Below, one piece after another: positions 44,692-56,219 of a stretch of 64,000 bases of DNA. A program made the translations under genes and the position numbers. Every line of letters starts with the position of its first letter. Position 1 is the first letter of the stretch. Where the stretch lies: positions 62,001 to 126,000 of the forward strand of contig JAUCBJ010006900.1 of assembly GCA_032718475.1 (NCBI GenBank), read 5' to 3'. This DNA comes from Nemertoderma westbladi (Eukaryota > Animalia > Xenacoelomorpha). Below the pieces are notes generated by a model. That model saw nothing but the letters and a program-made list of their open reading frames with translations. It ran no database searches and was not told where the DNA came from.

Positions 44692-47296
44692 TTGGTAAGG
44701 CACTACCTTATAGGTGAGCGATCGGGAGAGTTCGAAATGGTGGGGAAACTGATCAGGAAGAGAAAGGCGGAGTCAGGAGGAAAGGAGATACTGGTGGATT
44801 TCACCAAGAGGCATCCGGAAGAGAGGACGAGGGGATATTATGACCGGTTAGGAAAGGGTCACGCAGCACGAGCGCTACAGGACCACTTCAGGGAGATGCA
44901 TGAACAGCGGCTGGTCGGGACCTATGGGACGCCGTCGCTGGACAACGCGATCTTCGAGCATTTCCACTACATGGTGAAAGGAGACGAGGCGAAGTTTGGG
45001 ATTCCGAAGTATGCGAGAGAGTCACCGAGGAAAGATTGGAAGAGGTTCATAGAGTCCGTCAACAGGGGAGGATACATGATCCTATACGACGAAGGGACCG
45101 TGGAAGACGAGGAGGGTTCAAGGAGAGGATCAGCAGGATCAGCCAGGACCATACTCCTACATTTGGCCGCGCCAAATGGAGACATTTTCCTATTTGACCT
45201 GGGAACGTATGGGAAGAAGGATGGGCCGAAGTTGGACCGGCTGCCAAGGGTGGTGCAGGTCCTAGTGAGGGAGAAGTCGACGACGAAAGTGGGATCGGCG
45301 ATTCGCGAGGACGCGGAGAGAATCATCGGTCCGGACGCCACCAACCTCCTGGATATGCAGAAGGTCTTCATGGCTATGACAGCACCAGACGGGTTGGGAC
45401 TAGTCGGGAACACAGGCCAATGCGGAGCGGTGGCAATGGGCCAGCTATTGGGGCTCGTATGCCACAAACCGATGGACTGGGGGAAGTTCAGGGAGGAATA
45501 CGGAGCAGAACTAGCAAGCTCGCTAAAGTGGGGAGCGAGGCCGGGAAAGCAAGAGGTGTATCAATTCCGAAGAGGAGCGATAAAGGTATATCAGAAGCGA
45601 TATATCCTTCAGGAGGATTGGATAATGATAAGTTTGCTTAATCATGACCGTGGTTATCGAGAGGGAACCAGCGGCATTTCTGTTATCGGGATCACCCCTA
45701 AGATACAGGAGAGCCTTTAAGACAGCCTTCGACGGTCTGGTAGACCACCCGGGGCTGAAGGGCGAGTCGGTGTACTACAACAGCCGACATCTGATAGACG
45801 GGGAGATAGATACGCCGTATCAGAGATGGGAGCAGCTAGAGATGGATAGACGACAGGCAAAGCGACTGGAAGAAGTCGCTAGACGGGAAAGGATAGAAGC
45901 AGAGGAGAGAGAGGAGGAGGCCAGGACACAGAGTTACGGCTTCGAGGAACAGGCAGGCTTAGACGAACTTCGTTGGACTTCATCAGGGAGTTCGGGGGAG
46001 TCTCTAGGGCGAGAACTGGGATGGACGGTGGGATCGCCGAAACAGTCGACGTCGGGGTTGCAAGCGATGCCCATACCAGCAGGCGCCGAAGGCGACCAAC
46101 CGCTAAGGAAGTTAGGGGAGCTAGAGGGATGGAGAGCTACGGGCGAGAGCCAAGGTGGGAAGGGACATAGTGGATCCATCGGGATACCGGGGTTGGAGCC
46201 ACTGCCAGAGGAGGACGAAGACGACGACGAGTTCGGAGAGATGCCACCCATCGAGAGGATTGGCCACTCGGACACGGACTGGGTTGGCGGGAGGGTGGTG
46301 ACGGCCAGTGGGGCGAGGGCCTTCTGGGATAGACCCGGCAAGCGGGCCTGGGTGCACGAGGAGCCGGCGATGGATTTCACGGGGAGCACTATCAGGTTGG
46401 GCGAGCAACCGGGGACGGCACCACAGGTAGTATTCGGGGAGACGATGCCCGAGAGGGGCGAGGAGATCGACGTAGACAGGGACACTAACGTGCAGAAGTT
46501 CGCCTACCAGCGACTCCACAGACCGCGGAGATCGCTTGGGACGAAAGACGACGTGGGGCGGGAGACATTGGTACTCGTTTGCGATTACTGTGGGAGACAG
46601 ACCCACCAGGAAAGGAGCTGTTTGTACCGGTTCCAAAAGGGGACCTTTTGTCTCTACTGCCGCGAGTCGAGCCACAGGATGGGGGCGTGTCCACGGTTGC
46701 ATAACCGATGTTCGAAGTGTAACTTTCGGGGACACTACGGACGCCAGTGCGACTGGATGGACGATGAAGAAAAGTTCAAAATCTCCGAGGAGTGGGCCGA
46801 CGTCGGGGCCATGACGCGTCAACGCATGAAGGCCCAGGAGTTCAAGTGGGGTTTCTTCCTTATCAATCAGGAGGCTCACTTGGAAATCATAAAGCGGAGG
46901 TTACCGTTTACCTAACAAGAGGTAGCAACGGCGGCGTCGTATGCCGGGGTGATGAATATACAAAGGTATTTGGACAGGTGGACGCCACAGAACCGAGGGG
47001 AGTTTAGGGATTTCTTGGCGGAGCATGTGCCGCGAGCAATGAAGATGATCTTATGGGACGCCACCAGGGGGAGACAACAGGGCCATTCGGAGGGGCCACC
47101 CGCGAAGCGATATCGGGAGCAGATAACACCAGCACCCAAGGAGCCATCGACTGGGATCAGTAAGGAGGTGGCGGCGAGAGTCCGAAGACAGAAAGCAGAT
47201 CCCAGGGGAGCGGTAGTGACCAGGAAACGACCCAGGGAGGAGGACGGCAAAGGGAAAGACTTGAGGTGGTTCCCAAAGTCAGGAGGGATAGACTGA
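44692..47296 (+). CDS. Extra ORF3 of element B: DnaQ/DEDDy (WRN/EXD/RNase D-like) 3'-5' exonuclease-like domain plus three CCHC knuckles; one frameshift (~45640) and one in-frame stop (46913-46915)
   Basis: ILYDEG...ILLHLAAPNGDIFLFDL...LPRVVQVLVREKSTTKVGSAIRED...LLDMQ...QKRYILQED. Knuckles CDYCGRQTHQERSC, CLYCRESSHRMGAC, CSKCNFRGHYGRQC. ORFs 45644-46915 and 46949-47296 share a frame. Confidence 0.72.
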
Positions 47297-47999
47297 AGCT
47301 TCGATGTGGTACGCCTGGAAAGCGCCACGTGAGACTTGCGGACTATTAAGTACAAATTCAAGTAATCTAAATAATCAAATAAGTGCAATTTGTATGTACG
47401 TACGTAGCTATCAGTGATCTACGAGAATATATACGTTCGAAGTAAGTACTATAGTCATTCAACCTTTCTCAATTAGCTACTGGGACTGGGGGGCCAACTG
47501 ACTATGGCACTATGGACGAGACACCAGACGATTCCACACTTCTTGAGTGCGACGGCACAGGAGGGGGGGTGAGACTCGTTAGAAGGGATGGGGTAGTCAA
47601 AGAGGGGTCGAGTAAAGGTGATAGTGCGGAGTGCGGAGAGAGTGCGCATGCAATTCAAGTGTGGGGGGGGGGGAGGATAAGAGACTGAGTGAGGGACAGG
47701 GAAGTCCGAGGGTTAGAGCAAAAGAGAGAGTCAGGTGTAGAGGTGAGTCAGGGTGAGAACAGAGTGGAGTTAAAGTGGCGAAAGTGTTGGGGAAACAAAA
47801 GTCGTGTGAGAGGAGCGCACGATCGGCCCGACATGGGACGCCAGGCGAACCGGGTAGCATTATCATACCCATAGGGAGCGGCCTGGAAAGCCGGCTCCGA
47901 GAGAAAACAATTCCACCCCACACCTGATACTAGATCGGGATCCAGCGGAATTGTAGCGCACTTGAGGAGGATGCTATCTTCTCACCGGGAAGATAGCAT

Positions 48000-48008
48000 G
48001 GGGGGGAG
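48000..48008 (+). other. Polypurine tract of B
   Basis: GGGGGGGAG directly before the 3' LTR. Confidence 0.85.
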
Positions 48009-48561
48009 TGTTAGCTTATCCAATTCCGCTAACACCCCACAAAGTAAGCCGTTAAGCAATATTGGGGGCCACAAGGTTGGGTAATCAACCACTCGTGCCA
48101 CCCCAACAAAGTGGGAAGGAGAAACACACAATAGAGGTCAGGGGCCACACCCCTGACAGAGAGAGAATAGCAGGAGTGAAGGGGAAACACTCCAAAGGGC
48201 GCCAACAGGAATATCAGCCAATGGGGGGCAGGCACCGGCTAGGTACTGTAACAACGGCCAAACCATGCAATATATTATTAGGTATCAGTAATCAGTTATT
48301 CAGTTATCTCATTTGTGTTAGTCGGTTAGCTAGGGTAGAGCAGAGACTTTTAAGACCGTCCTCGCCTACCACCATTACCTGTACATACTATACTTCAATT
48401 GCAATATATTACACCATTTATACTATATCCATTTAACGTCTACATTATACATATCAGAGAATCAATAACACCAGAACTCTCAAACTCTTTCCACACAAAC
48501 GGCGGGGACGCGTACTTTGAACAACCGCGGATAAACCGGGATCCTCCTTGGATCCGTCACA
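48009..48561 (+). repeat. Element B 3' LTR (553 bp)
   Basis: Differs from the 5' LTR by 5 substitutions and 1 indel, counted by eye. Confidence 0.97.
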
Positions 48562-49096
48562 CAAACCGATTTATAAAATAGTAGGCCTGTTATACAACAA
48601 TTAGGTCTTAATATCAGTTGGACTACTGCTTAAATAACGGTAATAAAGTAAAGTAAAGTAACTAAGTAACCCTAAAATTCAGAAAATCAATTATTCTAAA
48701 TTAATTGACGTACCGGTATTTACGATAGGCTTATTATATTTATTTCTATATATTTAAGCTGAAATTATATACCGGTATTCTGTAATTAATTTCAGTCTAA
48801 AATTATACTTATATATAATATAAGTGTAAGCTGTATACCGGTATTCACGTTAGGCTTATTATATATCTATATATTTGCGCTGAAATTATATACCAGTATT
48901 CTGTGATGAAACCTAGTCCGTAATAATACTTATGTATACTATAAGTGTATACTGGTATTCTAATATATTGTATATATATCACGTTACATAGAGTAACGAT
49001 ATCGGTAATTAATTACTAGGCTAACAGTTGATACTGAATTACTAGACTTGCTTTAACTGTAATTATAGCAGTAGGCACTCAACTGTACAAATAAAC

Positions 49097-51493
49097 ATGT
49101 CTGACACAAAGCAAAACCTGTCAGACAGTCTCCTAGATACAACCATATGTGACCCAGATAGGAGTGCGGAACGTTTGAGACCGAAGTTCAACTCCCCTCC
49201 TACTTTAAGAAAGGTCATCCCTCCAGTAGTAGTATCAGACCCTAGGCTAGTCAAACACCGTAGGTCTATCATAGGCACTCGGGCTCAAGTCAAGCGGGAA
49301 CAAGAAGCAGCTGTTAAACAGCAGCAACACCCGAGTCGAGAACTTATTTCTCAGCGGCCCGATAGCTCCAGTAGTTCAGATACTGTAGAGTTGACACCCG
49401 AGCGCGGAGCAAAGATGGCAGATGCGGTTTATTCGGATCCCCTTCTCATTCTTCCTGCAGCCGTACTCACTAAGGTATTGATTGCGGTGGAGGAACACCA
49501 AATCGATTGGGCGAGAAGTAAGCGATCGACCAAGGACAGTTATGCGGGATACACAAGGGAGGAACTGAAGTCTATTAACTAAGTATAACTAAGTCGGACT
49601 CCCGTTTAACTTATCGGAAGCTGCCTGGGAGGACTTATACGAGATGGGAGTGACAAAAGACACTAGTGATCCAGCTGTGTGGAAGAGGTCGGCAGCGGGA
49701 TATGTACAGGGATTCTTCAGCTCTTTTCTGAGCGATTAGAGGAACAACTGTTTCAACAACATCAAGGACCTCAAGAGCAGGGAGAGCTGCTTTATCAAGT
49801 TCGAGTAAGAATCCTAAGAATCAGACTACTCCTATCAGCCTTTGAGGAAGCTTCGAAGAGAACCCAAGACACGTCGTTGCAAGTTGCCGTCAAGACTTGG
49901 TTCCAACGGGTGAGTCTCAAGGTTCAAGGAACGACCCAATGGAAAATTCAGCTAAATGAGCGCTCGACCCATGGAGAATCAACAGACGCTGCCTTTTCTC
50001 AAGTGGAAAGCGAGGTTACATTAGAGAGACCTCAGAAGAAGGACGCTATTGACATCTATCTGTCGGACTATCAACGATTTTTAGGTGACGAAGAGTTGAG
50101 GAGACGGCTGGCTGGACTTCGCCCTAATAGTGAAGGAGCCAAGTTTGTGTTGGACGCAATAGACGTGGAAATGATAGCTGCAAACCAAGCTAAATTTGAT
50201 GAACGCATCCGCATCGCTAGGGTCCAAGAAGAACAAGTAAAGAAGAAACAGATAGAAGACAGACAGGAAGCGGCAGCAGCAGCGGTAGAAGCTGAAAGGA
50301 AAGCGGCAGCGGCAGCGGTGGAGGTTGAAAGAAAGGCCGCATTGGCAGTGGCGGAAACCAAACGGAAAGCATCTGAAGAGACAGCCCAACTAGAGTTGGA
50401 AAATCTTCAAGAGAAGCAAGATTACCTAAATAAACAAATAACAGCTAGTCAGATGCAGATGATAAGTCGATCTACTCCCAAGAGACAGGGATTTACATCA
50501 TCTGATGAAGGCGATACCACCGATCCTGAAGGCGGAGGAAATAGATCTCATTCCAACAGACGTAGAAGAATGCCTCACCATCAGAAATTGCCTAATTTGC
50601 CCCCAGCTGTGAGAAGGCAACTAGCTAAAGCAGACTTAGGTAGTACAGAACCCACTGACCAAAGTATTAGAGTAGAAAGACTCCCTACTATAGTGGATGA
50701 GTCTGAAATAATTAGGCCTGTTCTCGAAGCCACTCCCTCTGTGATAGAGACCACTGTACTTCCAGAACTTAACTCTAAATTCCCTTTGCACAGTACTAAA
50801 CTACCTGTATCCAGTGGGACAGTTCCTCAGTCAACTCCGGTCCTGGACGCCGAGCGAGACATTAACAATTTGTCACCCGTCGTCCCTCGTCTACCCGCTA
50901 CTATGTTGGCGGCTCCCGCTTCGGCGGTAGAGTGGGTGGATGAGCGACGGCGGGGATGGATATTCTCCTCGGGCAGATGGAGGAGAATCAGGCTCGCTCC
51001 TCCCAACAGGTCCGAGAGTTGGAGGGGACTGTTCAACAGTTAAAGGGAACAGTAAGAGAAAGTAAGTTAGAATTACAGGAAGTGCAGCAGAGTATCGCGT
51101 TAGAACACGATAAGTTAGTAAATCTACAAAAGGGTATACCAACACCCCCTGTAACAATGTGTCAACCTGTTAGGTCTGAAGTATTTCATGCGCAAGGTGT
51201 GGAGCCTACACGCATCTATACTGCTAGTGAAGTAGAAACTCCTATAGTAAACCCTATTAAAGGTAATTATAAACCTGTTGACAATGATATTCCATATAGA
51301 CCTGATAATAATCCGAGAAATTTATATACCGATAACTCGATATTAAATAATACGATGGCCCAAGAAAGTTTTACGCGTCAAATTGCTAGAACCGAAGCCC
51401 GTCAAGCGGTAAAGGTGGGAGAGATCGTCAAGTTCAATGGAGATGAGATGAAATGGTTACCTTTTAATGAATATTACAAAGATAACATACAGA
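49097..51493 (+). pseudogene. A2 gag, 5' part, frameshifted
   Basis: MSDTKQNLSDSLLD start identical to A1. Pieces 49097-49582, 49679-51043 and 50956-51493. Confidence 0.92.
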
Positions 51494-54369
51494 AGTAGTA
51501 GGGTCTTGGCCGGCTCGGCGACAGTTGGACCTCACTGACACCCATTGGGTGTCATATGACACCCAATTATCACCCTATGGGTGTCATTGGGTGTCATTGG
51601 CGCCAGACTGTCTGGGTGACACCTCCCAATTAGGCTAATTGACAGGTGTCATCAATTAATTAGTACAATTAAACCCTAACAGATGTCATATGACTCCTAA
51701 TTAGGGTTTAATTGATTATCCTAATTAATCAGACTGATTAGCGCCCTGACACACAATGGGTCATCAGTGTTGTCCAACTGTCGCCGAGAGGCCCAAGAGG
51801 GTGTCATAAGTGACACCGCGGCTCTTTTATTTATTAATACCTATTTATTTATATTTAATTTTAATTAATTATTTGTATTTTATTTTACTTTATTTATTCA
51901 TTTGTACTTTATTTTAAATTAATTAATTGTATATATTACTTTTACTTTATACATTGATTTCTATTTTTAGATTAATTAGTTTTTATATTACCAACGAGAT
52001 CACTATGACATAATATCTATTTTTAACTTTATAATGGCTATGGTATACGGCCCCCTACTGGCAACTATCAACTGCGTTCATCGGCGGGGGGCCCCTCCTC
52101 TGTCCTCATTATTCATTAACTAGATACAACAGGCAGTGAATCTATACGTATACCCCCAAGGCAAATATAAATGAGCGGTCCCGTCTGTTAGCAGCCCCAT
52201 CGATGACTCACTAATAATCCCACCGCGGCCTTGACTACAGCAAATCCCTATGTCGCCCAAGGCTAATGCTCAAGCGGCCCTCCATTGTTCCCACTATAGC
52301 CGGCGTCGCTTTGTCCCTTTCCTATATCCAGGCAGCCCCTATCATAACAATGAAGCGCCTCTAAACACGCAATCCTCTCTACTAATCCCTTTCCTTTGCA
52401 CCAGACCTGCTTCTGTTATACAGCCAACTCAACATAATTAGTCAAGATGCTTACAAGAGTTTTCTAATATAGAATCAACACGAGAAGTTGCCCTGGTAAC
52501 CGCTTATGCATGAACAGCCAATCAGCGGGCTTCATTTCTACTGCTGCGTTCTGATTGGCTCATTTAAGAGACAAGGGCCTCCCTTACTAACCGAATTGCT
52601 ATTTAATACGTCCCCACCAATATATTAGGTCATTATTTCAATTGCAAGTTACGATTAACATCATTTACCATTATTTTGTTTTCGAATTTAATATTATTTA
52701 TTTAAGAATATTTATTTGTTATCATCGATCAACAACCCACTTGTAGAGTTGTATTATTGTCATTTCGCCGCGTTATCATTCATCGTCGACAACAAACTTT
52801 CCGCGTATCCGCCGCGTAATATTCTTCCGATACCATTCCCTTCTATCGGTAAATAAACTCTCTCGTCGTCCACGTCAACCAACTTCCTCATCGCCAACAA
52901 ACTTCCAAACTTCTTCTTTCCGTGAATATTTACTAACACCGTAAGTAAAATCTGCCTTACACCATCTGACGGTACTATCGATGCCGCTAGCAAACAATTT
53001 ACATTTAATGTCTACCGGTACAACAGTATTGCAGTAAGCTCATTATTAATTACTGTCAGACTGCGGTGGTACCGATAGCCTAAACCGTGATCGAAGCATT
53101 CGATCAATAGGCTTACATCCGCCTATCTGCTTACAGTATTTTTTATCTTTTTACAAATAATCAACTTATTTTTCTAGTGTAATTTCGCCGCGTTAACGCT
53201 CATTGTCGACAACAAACTTTCCGCGTATTCGTCGCGTAATATTCCATTATTTCTAATTTCCGATACCATTCCGTTCTATCGGTTAATAAACTCTCTCGTC
53301 GTCCACGTCAACCAACTTCCTCACGAACTTCCAAACTTCTTCTTTCCGTGAATATTTACTAACACCGTAAGTAAAATCTGCCTTCCCTTCCACCATCTGA
53401 CTGTACTATCGATGCCGCTAGCGGGAATTATAAAAAGTAGACACAAAATAGGAAAAACAGCTGGTCACGGGTTCAAGCCCTACTCGCGACCATTATAAAA
53501 CCAACACAAAATAAGTTAAACCAGGGTTCGAGTCCTGCTAATGCAATTATAAAAAGTAGGTAACACGGATGATCACGGATTCAAACCCTACTCACGGAAA
53601 AATAAAAACCAACACAAAATAAATAATATAGTAAACTTTCATGTATACCATAGTAAATAAACTAATTTAATAATAAAGTTTGTAAAATAGATAATGATCC
53701 TTCTAATTCACCGGCTGGACACATGGAAACGATTTTATTACTATGAAATACACTGAAATATGCACGTCCTATATATATTCTAATCGCGCAAAATAATTCG
53801 GGGGTATAGCTAATAAATATTGCTTTATTATTAATTGTATGATGTCCACATTTTTTCACTGAGGCACTGAGGCATAGACTATGCCTCACTGCCGCACTGA
53901 GGCATAGTCTATGCCTCAGTGAGGCATAGTCTATGCCTCAGTGAGGCGTAGTCTATGCCTCAGTGAGGCATAGTCTATGCCTCAGTGCCTCAGTGAGGCA
54001 TAGTCTATGCCTCAGTGCCCCAGTGAGGCATAGTCTATGCCTCAGTGAGGCATAGTCTATGCCTCACTGAGGCATAGTCTATGCCTCAGTGAGGCATAGT
54101 CTATGCCTCAGTGAGGCATAGTCTATGCCTCAGTGCCCCAGTGAGACATAGTCTATGCCTCAGTGAGGCATAGTCTATGACTCAGTGCCTCAGTGAGGCA
54201 TAGTCTATGCCTCAGTGAGGCATAGTCTATGCCTCAGTGCCTCAGTGAGGCATAGTCTATGCCTCAGTGCCTCAATGAGACATAGTCTACGCCTCAGTGA
54301 GGCATAGTCTATGCCTCAGTGAGGCATAGTCTATGCCTCAGTGAGGCATAGTCTGTGTCAGGTCTTAAA
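51494..54369 (+). repeat. Left terminal inverted repeat (~2.9 kb)
   Basis: Near-identical reverse complement of 56220-59317, apart from satellite length and a ~30-bp indel near 52410. Confidence 0.93.
53858..54353 (+). repeat. 22-bp palindromic satellite, left arm
   Basis: TGAGGCATAG-T-CTATGCCTCA-G units with occasional extra GCCTCAGT. Confidence 0.95.
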
Positions 54370-54387
54370 GTCTGTGTCAGGTCTCGC

Positions 54388-55210
54388 CCTCTGCGACTCT
54401 GCGACAGTTGGACCTAACTGACACCCATTGGGTGTCATATGACACCCAATTATCACCCTATGGGTGTCATTGGCGCCAGACTGTCTGGGTGACACCTCCC
54501 AATTAGGCTAATTAGACCCTAATTGACAGGTGTCATCAATTAATTAGTACAATTAAACCCTAACAGGTGTCATATGACTCCTAATTAGGGTTTAATTGAT
54601 TATCCTAATTAATCAGACTGATTAGCGCCCTGACACACAATGGGTCATCAGTGTTGTCTAACTGTCGCAGAGCCGGCTCAAGAGGGTGTCATAAGTGACA
54701 CCGCGGCTCTTTTATTCTATTAATACCTATTTATTTATATTTAATTTTAATTAATTAATTGTATTTTATTTTACTTTATTTATTCGTATTTAATTTTAAA
54801 TTAATTAATTGTATTACTTTTACTTTATACATTGATTTCTATTTTTAGATTAATTAGTTTTATATTACCAACGAGATCACTATGACATAATGTCTATAAT
54901 TAACTTTATAATGGCTATGGTATACGGCTCCCTACTGGCAACTATCAACTACGTTCATCGGCGGGGCCCCCTCCTCTATCCTCATTATTCATTAACTAGA
55001 TACAACAGGCAGTGAATCTACACGTATACCCCCAAGGCCAAATATAAATGAGCAGTCCCGTCTGTTAGCAGCCCCTTCGATGACTCACTAATAATCCCAT
55101 CGCGGCCTTGACTACACCAAATCCGTATATCGCTCAAGGCTAATGCTCTAGCGGCCCTCCTTTGTTCTCACTATAGCCGGCATCACTCGGGTCCTTTACT
55201 ATATCTAGGC
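54388..55210 (+). repeat. Internal diverged third copy of the terminal module, lacking the AGTAGT tip
   Basis: Aligns in direct orientation with ~51514-52335. Confidence 0.85.
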
Positions 55211-55574
55211 CAGGATTGCCTCATTTAAGGAAGCCGCATCCCTATCGTTAATCTAATTATGGTATCGCTAACCATTTTCAGTATACTGTATAATTAAATA
55301 GGGCCCTCTTTTAATACATAAGTTTATATATATATACAGTTTATCTTCATTTTAATTTGTTTTTATTTACAACCCTAATTGTTCTACTATAATTTATGTT
55401 TTATAATAACAAGCTATATCCGGTTAATCCGTATTAATTTTCTTTGTACTGAGGTTATCGAGGGCGCTCTTTCCAATGGTCCTATTCTCAAAACGATCTA
55501 ACCTACTGTATAATTAATTACTTAAGACTGCGAGGTATGCGTAATTAACACATCTCATTTACCAGTTTTCCTTA

Positions 55575-55995
55575 AAAACTATGAAGTTATATTGCTTAAG
55601 AGTTCTAAGGGGCGAGCCATGAGGCAAGATGTTTGAGGCTTATTTAGATATATTATTACTTAATTTTGACCCCCCAATCTGCATCTACTACGGCATAGGC
55701 CATATCTTTTGCGGAGACATAGAGTAGTCTGAAGTTCCCCAGTCTGCCGCTAGAGGGCGTATTATTTAAAAATTAACATCTTCTCTAGCTTTGTTATTTA
55801 CAATCCGCAAAACTATGAAGTTATATTGCTTAAGGGTTCTAAGGGGCGAGCCATGAAGCAAGATGTTTGAGGCGTATTTAGATATATTATTACTTAATTT
55901 GACCCCCCAATCGGCATCTACTACGGCATAGGCTATATCTTTTGCAGAGTCACAGAGTAGTATGAAGTTCCCCAGTCTGCCGCTAGAGGGCGAAA
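55575..55995 (+). repeat. ~233-bp tandem duplication with CTCF-like motifs in the foldback spacer
   Basis: AAAACTATGAAGTTATATTGCTTAAG...CCCAGTCTGCCGCTAGAGGGCG occurs twice. Confidence 0.8.
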
Positions 55996-56091
55996 TGTCT
56001 CAAAGTGAAAACCATACGGTAGCCATGAATTGGTTACTAGGCAATAATACTGGATTTTGCAACGTTAGCCCTATTGTTGACCGAACGAAAA

Positions 56092-56169
56092 CTGCCCTGG
56101 TTCATGCAGGGATCGAACCCATGACATACGGGAGATGTGAATTCAATGCAACCACTACACCAAAGTGGA
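56092..56169 (-). other. tRNA-like Pol III promoter fragment
   Basis: On the minus strand, TGGTGTAGTGG (A box) and GGTTCGATCCC (B box) at tRNA spacing; stems are poor. Confidence 0.45.
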
Positions 56170-56219
56170 ACAGTAACCGTCGAATTTGTTCGTTGACGTT
56201 CGAATTTGCAAGACTCTCA

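Larger units (their letters stand above)
34585..48561 (+). mobile_element. Full-length BEL/Pao element B (13977 bp), nested in the A2 5' UTR
   Basis: Two ~99% identical LTRs, 5-bp TSD CAAAC (34580-34584 and 48562-48566), BEL-type gag-pol, purine tract. The flanks rejoin to sequence matching A1 at ~1470-1500. Confidence 0.96.

Noticed and set aside
44692-46915. ORF3 of B as an envelope gene
   Set aside because: No signal peptide, transmembrane segment or furin/fusion pattern is visible; the motifs fit an exonuclease plus zinc knuckles.
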